From positions 72,229 to 136,228 of the forward strand of contig CAJTNA010000003.1 of assembly GCA_910577845.1 (NCBI GenBank): DNA of 64,000 nt. The letters run 5' to 3'. Shown piece after piece: positions 57,003-64,000 of this stretch. This DNA is from an uncultured Christensenella sp. GTDB taxonomy: Bacteria > Bacillota > Clostridia > Christensenellales > UBA3700. Both the position numbers and the translations under genes were made by a program. Position 1 is the stretch's first letter, and each line of letters opens with the position of its first letter. The notes under the pieces are model-generated. The model had not been told where the DNA came from. It did not search any database and saw nothing but the letters and a program-made list of their open reading frames with translations.

Positions 57003-57175
57003 ACTAAATTGTATGCGACAGCTTTTAATTTATAATATATTATGACAAATAAACCAAATATGGAATTAATTTTTGCTTTAATAGAGTTTTGCTTCTCTTT
57101 TGCTATTTTTGAATATTTTTACATTAAAACAACTATTTAGTACATTTTAACTAATCTTAAATATCACCCAAATTT

Positions 57176-58912
57176 TTATTCATTATCAAAATCAAACTCT
57201 GCAAACTCACCAGACATTCTCTTTATTAGCATCTCAAACATATCATCTGACTCATATTCAAAGAATGTACCTTGTCTTTTAATAATGTCAATATAATTTT
57301 TCAATTTTTTAGAACTACATTCCACAACACGTGCAACTTCCTCAATCATACTATTGCTAATTAACACATAAGCATTACAGATTATTGCACCCGCCAATGC
57401 ATATACATCTTGAAACTTTCGTTTTGTAATTTTCATTACCTCAAGTAATTCTTTCGCAGATGTAATTAAATGAGCATTAAAGTCCTCAGTATAAATGCAA
57501 CAATATGCAAAAGCATACATATATGCGTCATTATAGCATTGTGGATATTCCTCTATCCCCTCAATTGGTTCAAAAACAACTTTCTTGTTAATGCCAGCAT
57601 ATGGTAAATCAATCTCTCTTATACCACATACTAACAACGCATATAAAACACCAGCCTTCATTATATTGGATAAAGCCCTAAAATGTATAATAATATCGAT
57701 TTTTGAATGATTTTTTAATGTAAATTGATTTTTATAAGTTATTAAAAAGTCAATCACATCGTCCTCGTCCGCAGTTAAAAACAACATTTCAAATGCTTGC
57801 CAAAATTGCTCGTTACTAACCTTTTTGCCGGCTTTAACCTTAACTCCTATTTCCATCAATAGTTGTTTTGTCATATACCACATACTATCTGGAATATAGT
57901 TAATTGCGGATATTTTCAATTCATTTATATCAACCTTTAAAAAATATGGTAAAATACTACCTAAGCCAAAAATGCCATATGCAATATTGATTTTTCCAAT
58001 AATTTTACTTGCACTACTTTTATCACCTATTTTTAAATAAGTCATAGTTTTCATAACCATAACTTCATAATTATTTTGATAGTTATTTTCAACAGCAAAT
58101 TGTTCAATAATTTCTAAGCATTTTTTATAGTCAGCTTTACCCTCAACAACAGTGCAAACAGATTTTAAACTTTCAATATTTGTTATTTCCATTCCAAGCA
58201 TTTTATTGTAAAGAATAGTATCATCAAAAGTACTATCATTACTTTTAACTTGCAGATAAATAGCTATTGCCTCAACGTCATCAGCAAATGTATTCATTCT
58301 GTGTAAACAAATCTTTAGCAATTTTTTCTCGTCAAAATAACCTAAATAATACAATGTCAGTTTTTCAAGCAACTCTTTATTTGTTGGTTGTTCCATTGCC
58401 AACTGCTCATACAATTCCATTGCCTCATCAATATTCCCTTCCGCAAGCAAAAATTGTGCGTGACTTTTTATTTTTTTAAACTTATATTCGTTATCTACAA
58501 GTACAAGTTTACGGCTTTCGCTGTTGTCTGTACATTCTTCATTATAATAATTTATCAAATAATTATCATCCATAGTCAGCTTGCTTACTCTGCTATAAAG
58601 ATAAAAAGCGTCCCTAAACTCGTCTTTATATTCTAAATACATATACAATTTAGCAAGTTCTCTATAAGCTAAGCTATTTTTATCATTTAAGATTGTGGCA
58701 GTTTTAAAAGCAAAAATAGCCTTGTCATAACTTTTCCAACTTGCATAAATTACACCTAACATATAAAATATATGTGACTTATCCGTAGGTGAAAATAACT
58801 CAATTTTATTATGAACATAATACACATAAGACCAATATTGATTATTTTTAAAATAACTTTGAGCTTTATTTAAAACAAAGCTTTGGTCAAGATTCAATTC
58901 ATACTTAATCAT
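57176..58912 (-). CDS. TPR-like helical-repeat protein, function unknown
   Basis: 578-aa soluble ORF with RBS GGAGG. It has TPR-like segments ('YMLGVIYASWKSYDKAIFAFKTATILNDKNSLAYRELAKLY', 'EGNIDEAMELYEQLAMEQP'). Confidence 0.65.
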   Translation of the reverse strand: MIKYELNLDQSFVLNKAQSYFKNNQYWSYVYYVHNKIELFSPTDKSHIFYMLGVIYASWKSYDKAIFAFKTATILNDKNSLAYRELAKLYMYLEYKDEFRDAFYLYSRVSKLTMDDNYLINYYNEECTDNSESRKLVLVDNEYKFKKIKSHAQFLLAEGNIDEAMELYEQLAMEQPTNKELLEKLTLYYLGYFDEKKLLKICLHRMNTFADDVEAIAIYLQVKSNDSTFDDTILYNKMLGMEITNIESLKSVCTVVEGKADYKKCLEIIEQFAVENNYQNNYEVMVMKTMTYLKIGDKSSASKIIGKINIAYGIFGLGSILPYFLKVDINELKISAINYIPDSMWYMTKQLLMEIGVKVKAGKKVSNEQFWQAFEMLFLTADEDDVIDFLITYKNQFTLKNHSKIDIIIHFRALSNIMKAGVLYALLVCGIREIDLPYAGINKKVVFEPIEGIEEYPQCYNDAYMYAFAYCCIYTEDFNAHLITSAKELLEVMKITKRKFQDVYALAGAIICNAYVLISNSMIEEVARVVECSSKKLKNYIDIIKRQGTFFEYESDDMFEMLIKRMSGEFAEFDFDNE

Positions 58913-59149
58913 ATTCGCCTCCGTTTAGATTTTTATAATTTTCTATTTCTAAAATGCAAAAACATTAATACTTGTAATTACTAATAATATTTAAAAATAT
59001 ATTTCAAAATAATTATTTCATAATTTAGTAAAGTATTTCAATTAAAGAATAATTATAATAAGAAAACTTACACTTAACATTAATTAAAAAATCCTAATTG
59101 ATTTAAAAATTAATAATTATAAAAATAACTAATGTACGTCCTATAAATA

Positions 59150-60022
59150 TTATTTTTTACTTTTCAATATTTCATTTACTTTTTCTCTATTAAAAGTATA
59201 GTACTTATTGCAAAAATCACAATGTATTTCAATTTTACCAATACTATTCAAAATATCCTCAATCTCTGCCCTATCAATAGATTTGACGATATTTTCCATT
59301 CTTTCCTCACTACACCTACACTCAAACCTTGGTTGAATTGCAGGCATAAGTTTACACTCAAAATGACCAAAGTTATCATCAATAATTTGTTCCGCACTTT
59401 TCTCGCCAATCATATCTGCAAAATTTACAAAATTCCTTACAATATCTTGTAAAATAACAATTATTTCCTCCTCGCAATTTGGCATAGGTTGTACAATAAT
59501 CGCACCGCAAGATTTCACCTTGCCATTTTTAATAATCGCACCACTTGCAACAGCAGAAGGCAATCCCTCACTTGTAGTAAAGTAATATGCAAAGTCACTG
59601 TCAATACTGCCATTTACTAATTGAGTTTTTCCAACATAAGGATTTTTTAGACCAAAATCTTTTATAACTGTTATACTTCCCTCTTTTCCGACACATTCAG
59701 CAATGTCATATTTACCATTGCTATCTTTTGCGACATTAGGCTGTCTTTCTTGCACAAAACCTCTAACAATACCGCCAGTTTCACCTGCAACAATTATCTT
59801 TCCACATTTACCTATCCCGTCAATAGATATACTCAATCTAATATTTGTGCCTTTGATACCACTTGACATAAAAGCACCTATTGCAAGTACTCTACCAAGC
59901 ACTTCACTTGCAACATCATTAGTTTGTTGTTTATCCACTGCCACTTGACATAATTCTTTTGCATCCACAACACTTACAATTGCTTTACCGCCAAATAAAA
60001 TCGCTTTTTGTATAACATCCAT
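59150..60022 (-). CDS. hslO: redox-regulated chaperone Hsp33
   Basis: 290-aa ORF with the C-terminal zinc centre 'CRCSEERM' ... 'CDFCNKYY' (CxC...CxxC). Confidence 0.9.
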   Translation of the reverse strand: MDVIQKAILFGGKAIVSVVDAKELCQVAVDKQQTNDVASEVLGRVLAIGAFMSSGIKGTNIRLSISIDGIGKCGKIIVAGETGGIVRGFVQERQPNVAKDSNGKYDIAECVGKEGSITVIKDFGLKNPYVGKTQLVNGSIDSDFAYYFTTSEGLPSAVASGAIIKNGKVKSCGAIIVQPMPNCEEEIIVILQDIVRNFVNFADMIGEKSAEQIIDDNFGHFECKLMPAIQPRFECRCSEERMENIVKSIDRAEIEDILNSIGKIEIHCDFCNKYYTFNREKVNEILKSKK

Positions 60023-60197
60023 TTCAAAACCTCTTTCGCTTATCTATTTTATATTTTAAATAATTCATTTATAAAATTTAATAATAGTAATATTAAATTA
60101 ATTAGCTATTTTATAAACAATGCCACAAATTAAATACAACTTTATATAAACAATCTATTACATTATTAGTTTCAATTGGTATCCATTAATACCTTAA

Positions 60198-60914
60198 TTA
60201 TTTTACTTTCTTACATATAAATAGTAACCTAATACTTTTATCCGTTATATCACAAAATTTTTCGCCGTCAAAAACTTGCACATCAAAACCACTCTTTTCC
60301 AACAATTCAGTCACAAATCTTTGCTCGTGAATATATTGAGTGTGGCTCTCATCAAATCTTTTATAAAGTTCCCCACAAGGCTCAAACATAGTTATATTCA
60401 TTTTTATTTTATCAGCATAAAGCTCGTTTGTCCACAAATATGTATAGTCATCCATATCCTCAAAAAATACATTATTGCCAATTAGTTCTGTTAGTTTATA
60501 TTTACTGCTAATATCAAATATAAAGTAACCTCCAGTTTTTAAATAGCTACTTATTTTTTCAAATACTTTACCTAAGCTATCACTATCAATATAATTAAAG
60601 CCATCACTTACCGCAACTACACCATTCACCTTTGACAGCGGTGTAAAATTTTGCAAATCACTATGCACAAACTGCAAGTATCCTCTGTTTTTAAAATTAT
60701 TATTGATTGCAATATCCAACATTTCCTTACAATTATCAACTGCAATCACGCTATCTGCAACCTTGACTAAAAAACTGGTAAAAGCACCACTTCCGCAAGC
60801 AAGTTCAACAACTTTGCCAGTCAAGTAGTGCTTAATAAATTCAAAATATTGTGAATAGTCAAAATCGGTATTAGCTTTATCGTAAATTTTTGCTAAACTT
60901 GAATAAGCATTCAT
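60198..60914 (-). CDS. class I SAM-dependent methyltransferase
   Basis: 'VVELACGSGAFT' (motif I) and 'LKTGGYFIFD'. I prefer the ATG at 60914 (MNAYSSLAKIYD...). The longer track ORF to 61052 would overlap the upstream gene by 134 nt. Confidence 0.8.
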   Translation of the reverse strand: MNAYSSLAKIYDKANTDFDYSQYFEFIKHYLTGKVVELACGSGAFTSFLVKVADSVIAVDNCKEMLDIAINNNFKNRGYLQFVHSDLQNFTPLSKVNGVVAVSDGFNYIDSDSLGKVFEKISSYLKTGGYFIFDISSKYKLTELIGNNVFFEDMDDYTYLWTNELYADKIKMNITMFEPCGELYKRFDESHTQYIHEQRFVTELLEKSGFDVQVFDGEKFCDITDKSIRLLFICKKVK

Positions 60915-60918
60915 TATT

Positions 60919-61932
60919 TTACCTTTTTTTCTTTTTATTTTTATTGTTATTCTTACGTCCTTCATTTGCAGCTTTACGGCGTTCTTTTTCTTGAGTATAC
61001 AACATATTTTGATAAAGCACTTGAGTGTAATTATCTGCAACATAAACACCAAAGCATTGGATAGCTGTTGTATATGCTACAAACCCAAACAAACCGAATG
61101 TTGCGAGCAATAACATCTTTGTTAAGCTTGACCAAATAAATGCAATTGGTAAACCTATAAATAAAATAGTCAAGAAAGTTTCAGCCAATAAAAGTGCTAC
61201 TGCAAGCAAAGTGCTATTTTTAATTTTATCTTTATTGCTAAAGTTATACATTGTAACCATTGGCAGATATTGTAGCATAAAATAGATTACTACCAAAGCT
61301 ATTAAACAAGCTAAAATCATAACAAACCACATATACCAGCTTGTTAGTCCAGATGCAACCAAATATAAATAACCGAATATTGAGGCAATAACACCATAAG
61401 CAACTACGCCAATAACTGTAAAAGCTATAGTGTAAGGCAACCAATATTTTTTAATACCACGGAAAAAATGACGAACTTTAATTTTTGCACCCCAAGCAAC
61501 ATTACGGCTAGAATAAAACAAGCCAGACATTGCAACACCAATCAAAGTAAAGCAAGGAATTATTAAGGAATAAAACATTAATCTAAATAAATATATACCT
61601 TTTACTGCTAAAATTGTATCGTTAGTGCCACCAATAAAACCAAAACCAAGGTCACCAACAAAGTTAAACGCATTATCAGCTATCCACTTTTGCTCCAAGT
61701 TTGGCATTACAAATAATAACGCAATAAAAGGTGCTGCAAACAACAAACAAATCAAATTTTGCAATACTAAACTGCCATAATTGAATTTAAAAGTACGCCA
61801 CCAGTGACGGAACATACTCCCCTCGATAGCACTTCTGTTTATGCTTAAGTCATTGCCTAAGGTCATATTTTGCAAAACTCTTAAAGCAAATGATTGTTTT
61901 TCTGATTTTTGTTTGTTTACTGTTTTTGCCAT
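60919..61932 (-). CDS. YesL/DUF624-like polytopic membrane protein with poly-Lys/Asn C-terminal tail
   Basis: 337-aa ORF with RBS AGGAG. 'MFRHWWRTFKFNYGSLVLQNLICLLFAAPFI' resembles DUF624. The C-terminus is 'RKNNNKNKKKKR'. Confidence 0.6.
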   Translation of the reverse strand: MAKTVNKQKSEKQSFALRVLQNMTLGNDLSINRSAIEGSMFRHWWRTFKFNYGSLVLQNLICLLFAAPFIALLFVMPNLEQKWIADNAFNFVGDLGFGFIGGTNDTILAVKGIYLFRLMFYSLIIPCFTLIGVAMSGLFYSSRNVAWGAKIKVRHFFRGIKKYWLPYTIAFTVIGVVAYGVIASIFGYLYLVASGLTSWYMWFVMILACLIALVVIYFMLQYLPMVTMYNFSNKDKIKNSTLLAVALLLAETFLTILFIGLPIAFIWSSLTKMLLLATFGLFGFVAYTTAIQCFGVYVADNYTQVLYQNMLYTQEKERRKAANEGRKNNNKNKKKKR

Positions 61933-62268
61933 AAAAAACTCCTATACTTGATTATTTATCTAATTAAAGATTTAAATAATTTCTAAATTCTAGTGGTCGC
62001 AAATAATCCATAATAATATTTTGCTGTAACTAGATAATTGTAACAAGTTGACTTGCAATATAAGTAATTGCAACAACAATTTTAAATTTTTTAGCAATTT
62101 AAAATTTAATCTTTTTATCAAAGTTATGCTGTTACAAAAGATAAATAGCTAAATTAGTCGCCTAATCAAATTATCGCATAAAATTAATAATAAATACATT
62201 ATTTTATATAACTATATTCTACTATACACTAAAATTAAAAAAATATCAATTAAATTGCACCAAATCTT

Positions 62269-62297
62269 TTGACAAATTAAAAAAAATGTGATATTAT
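62269..62297 (+). promoter_or_regulatory. consensus-like sigma-70 promoter of the L-box/asd-dapA transcript
   Basis: TTGACA (62269-62274), 17-nt spacer, TATTAT (62292-62297), with a TGn extended -10 (TGA). Confidence 0.65.
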
Positions 62298-62317
62298 TGT
62301 GTAAAATATAAATAGAT

Positions 62318-62484
62318 GCTAATAGAGGAGCAATCAGCAATAGTATGTCAGCCGATTGGTATGCAATTACCGACTGAGTGAAAGGGTATGATTGCCGAGG
62401 TCTTAATCATATTGCAGTGGTTAAGGTTGGGTATAAGGCTAAATCCTTATAACTGTCATCTTGGATGGAGTACTATTATGCTAG
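62318..62484 (+). promoter_or_regulatory. lysine riboswitch (L-box)
   Basis: Conserved L-box elements appear in the correct order: ATAGAGGAGC, AGTA, GAGTGAAAGGG, TTGCCGAGG, GGTTGGG, AACTGTCA, GGATGGAGTACTAT (closing P1). It lies upstream of lysine-pathway genes asd and dapA. Confidence 0.85.
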
Positions 62485-62505
62485 CGATAAATGGTAATTT
62501 TTATT

Positions 62506-62532
62506 GCAGTACGATAGTCGTACTGCTTTTTT
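62506..62532 (+). terminator. expression-platform terminator of the lysine riboswitch
   Basis: GCAGTACGA (62506-62514), TAG loop, TCGTACTGC (62518-62526), then TTTTTT. Confidence 0.8.
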
Positions 62533-62613
62533 AATATCCAAATATCAAATTATATTATCAAATTGTATTTAATTTTTAAAAGTTATTCTATAATAACTTT
62601 TTCGGAGGTTTAT

Positions 62614-63612
62614 ATGAAAAAATTTAATGTTGCTGTTGTAGGTGCTACTGGTATGGTTGGTAGCAAATTCTTGGAAGTTTTAAGCGAAAGAAATCTTCCT
62701 GTAGAAAACTACTATCTTTTTGCTTCAAGCAAAAGTGCGGGTAAAGTTATAGACTTTATGGGCAAACCTCATACTGTTATTGAACTTACTAATGAAAATA
62801 TTGCAAAATACCCAGTTGATTTTGCATTATTCTCTGCTGGCGGTGGCACATCTGCTAAATTTGCTCCTGAATTTGTTAAAAATGGTGCTGTTGTAGTTGA
62901 TAACTCTAGCCAATGGCGTATGTACGACAATGTACCTCTAGTAGTTCCAGAGGTTAACCCAGACGATATTGATTGGAACGAAGGTATCATTGCAAACCCT
63001 AACTGCTCAACAATTCAAGCAATGGTTGCATTAAAGCCATTACACGATAAATACACTATTAAGCGTATTGTATACAGCACATACCAAGCTGTTTCTGGTG
63101 CTGGCGTTGCTGGATATAACGATTTGGTTGAGGGTGTTAAAGGTGCTGAGCCTAAAAAGTTCCCTTACCCTATCTTTAACAACGTTCTTCCTCACATTGA
63201 TGTATTCTTGCCAAACGGCTATACTAAAGAAGAAGAAAAAATGATGAAAGAAACTCAAAAAATTCTTGACAAAAACATCAAAGTTACTGCTACTACAGTA
63301 AGAGTACCAGTTTTAAACAGCCATAGTGAGTCAATCAATGTTGAGTTTGAAAAACCTTGTACTTTGGAAGGTATTTATGAAGCTTTGAGAGGTGCTGAGA
63401 ACGTTATCCTTTATGATGACCCAGCAAACTTGAAATACCCAATGCCTATTATCTCAAGCGGTCACGATGAAACTTATGTTGGTCGTGTAAGAATTGACGA
63501 AACAGTTCCAAGCGGTTGTAACCTATGGGTAGTTGCTGACAATATCCGTAAAGGTGCTGCAACTAATGCTGTACAAATTATGCAAAAATTGATGGAGAAA
63601 AAGTCTAAGTAA
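62614..63612 (+). CDS. asd: aspartate-semialdehyde dehydrogenase
   Basis: 'MKKFNVAVVGATGMVGSKF' (Rossmann fold), active-site 'IANPNCSTIQ' and C-terminal 'DNIRKGAATNAVQI'. The ATG at 62614 follows GGAGG. The track start at 62563 is a TTG extension inside the terminator-proximal leader. Confidence 0.93.
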   Translation: MKKFNVAVVGATGMVGSKFLEVLSERNLPVENYYLFASSKSAGKVIDFMGKPHTVIELTNENIAKYPVDFALFSAGGGTSAKFAPEFVKNGAVVVDNSSQWRMYDNVPLVVPEVNPDDIDWNEGIIANPNCSTIQAMVALKPLHDKYTIKRIVYSTYQAVSGAGVAGYNDLVEGVKGAEPKKFPYPIFNNVLPHIDVFLPNGYTKEEEKMMKETQKILDKNIKVTATTVRVPVLNSHSESINVEFEKPCTLEGIYEALRGAENVILYDDPANLKYPMPIISSGHDETYVGRVRIDETVPSGCNLWVVADNIRKGAATNAVQIMQKLMEKKSK

Positions 63613-63640
63613 TTTTTATTAAGCCGATTAGGAGGTTATT

Positions 63641-64000
63641 ATGTTCTCAGGTGTAGCTACTGCCCTAATTACGCCATTTAATTTTAAAGGTGTAGATTTT
63701 GATGCTTACGGCAGACTAATAGAAGACCAAATTGCAAACGGAATTGATGCACTTGTTGTTTTAGGTACAACTGGTGAAGCTACTACAATGACTCACGAAG
63801 AAAAAGTAGAAACAATTAAATTTGCAATCAAAAAAATAAACAAAAGAGTACCAGTTATAGTAGGAACTGGTTCAAATTGCACGGCAACTGCTGTACAAAA
63901 TAGTATTGAGGCGGAAAAACTTGGTGCAGATATGCTTCTTGTTGTAACACCTTACTATAACAAATGCACAGAGGAAGGCTTAATTGCTCACTACTCTCAA
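63641..64000 (+). CDS. dapA: 4-hydroxy-tetrahydrodipicolinate synthase (5' part; truncated by window end)
   Basis: The ATG at 63641 follows AGGAGG. 'MFSGVATALITPFN...GIDALVVLGTTGEATTMTHEEK' is the typical DapA N-terminus. The frame stays open to position 64000. Confidence 0.9.
   Translation, partial: MFSGVATALITPFNFKGVDFDAYGRLIEDQIANGIDALVVLGTTGEATTMTHEEKVETIKFAIKKINKRVPVIVGTGSNCTATAVQNSIEAEKLGADMLLVVTPYYNKCTEEGLIAHYSQ

Noticed and set aside
60915-61052. N-terminal 46-aa extension of the methyltransferase ORF (track start 61052). Similar alternative-start extensions occur at 25486 (Sel1), 43738 (GPH), 31829 (ABM), 33800 (DUF4870-like), 32081 (amidase) and 19966 (radical SAM).
   Set aside because: The extensions overlap upstream genes or lack RBSs. 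In each case an internal ATG has a good Shine-Dalgarno at proper spacing, and for the rSAM and MTase genes it gives a conserved-looking N-terminus.
62563-62613. Track ORF start for asd at 62563 (MYLIFKSYSIITFSEVY...).
   Set aside because: It is a TTG-initiated extension into the riboswitch-terminator-proximal leader without an RBS. The conserved Asd N-terminus MKKFNVAVVGATG starts at the ATG at 62614, which is preceded by GGAGG.

Overview
This is a very AT-rich chromosomal segment (roughly 30% G+C by eye, not computed). It comes from an endospore-forming Bacillota, Clostridia-like organism: spoIVA and a PdaB-like deacetylase are present. The organism is probably host- or gut-associated. I support 44 protein genes, one tRNA (tRNA-Ser GCU), one lysine riboswitch and one unclassified structured-RNA candidate. 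I also call several sigma-70-type promoters and intrinsic terminators. I saw no rRNA, CRISPR, transposase/IS or phage structural genes.

Backbone content:
- glgB-glgC-glgD-glgA-glgP glycogen operon (2.6-11.5 kb, minus strand)
- spoIVA
- a radical-SAM/SPASM gene followed by metF, a MetH activation-domain protein and a truncated cobalamin methionine synthase (14.8-19.9 kb, minus strand)
- valS, pgsA and hslO
- L-box-controlled asd-dapA at the right edge

Accessory-looking content:
- an internally duplicated DUF1538 membrane protein with two PII-like proteins
- two tandem leaderless Sel1-repeat proteins
- a solitary Xer-type tyrosine recombinase next to tRNA-Ser
- an ARE-type ABC-F ribosomal protection gene
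- a PG_binding_1 amidase
- a 1586-aa membrane-anchored M60-like (mucinase-type) metalloprotease with PA14 and F5/8-C domains
- a lipoprotein / GPH transporter / GH20 hexosaminidase / MFS cluster

Most worth a second look:
1. The DUF1538 + 2x PII-like module.
2. Lys/Thr/Ala-rich low-complexity extensions fused to GlgA, GlgP, the M60 protease and other proteins.
3. A GC-enriched ~235-nt structured-RNA candidate at 49.2-49.5 kb, with its own promoter and stacked terminators. I could not assign it to a known family.
4. A 1.6-kb non-coding field of decaying repeats plus a gene fragment at 38.9-40.4 kb.
5. A perfect 17-7-17 inverted repeat sitting on the promoter of the Xer-type recombinase.
6. A recurring 13-mer (TAGTACCGATTTT).

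All functional calls come from reading motifs in the supplied translations. No database search was run.
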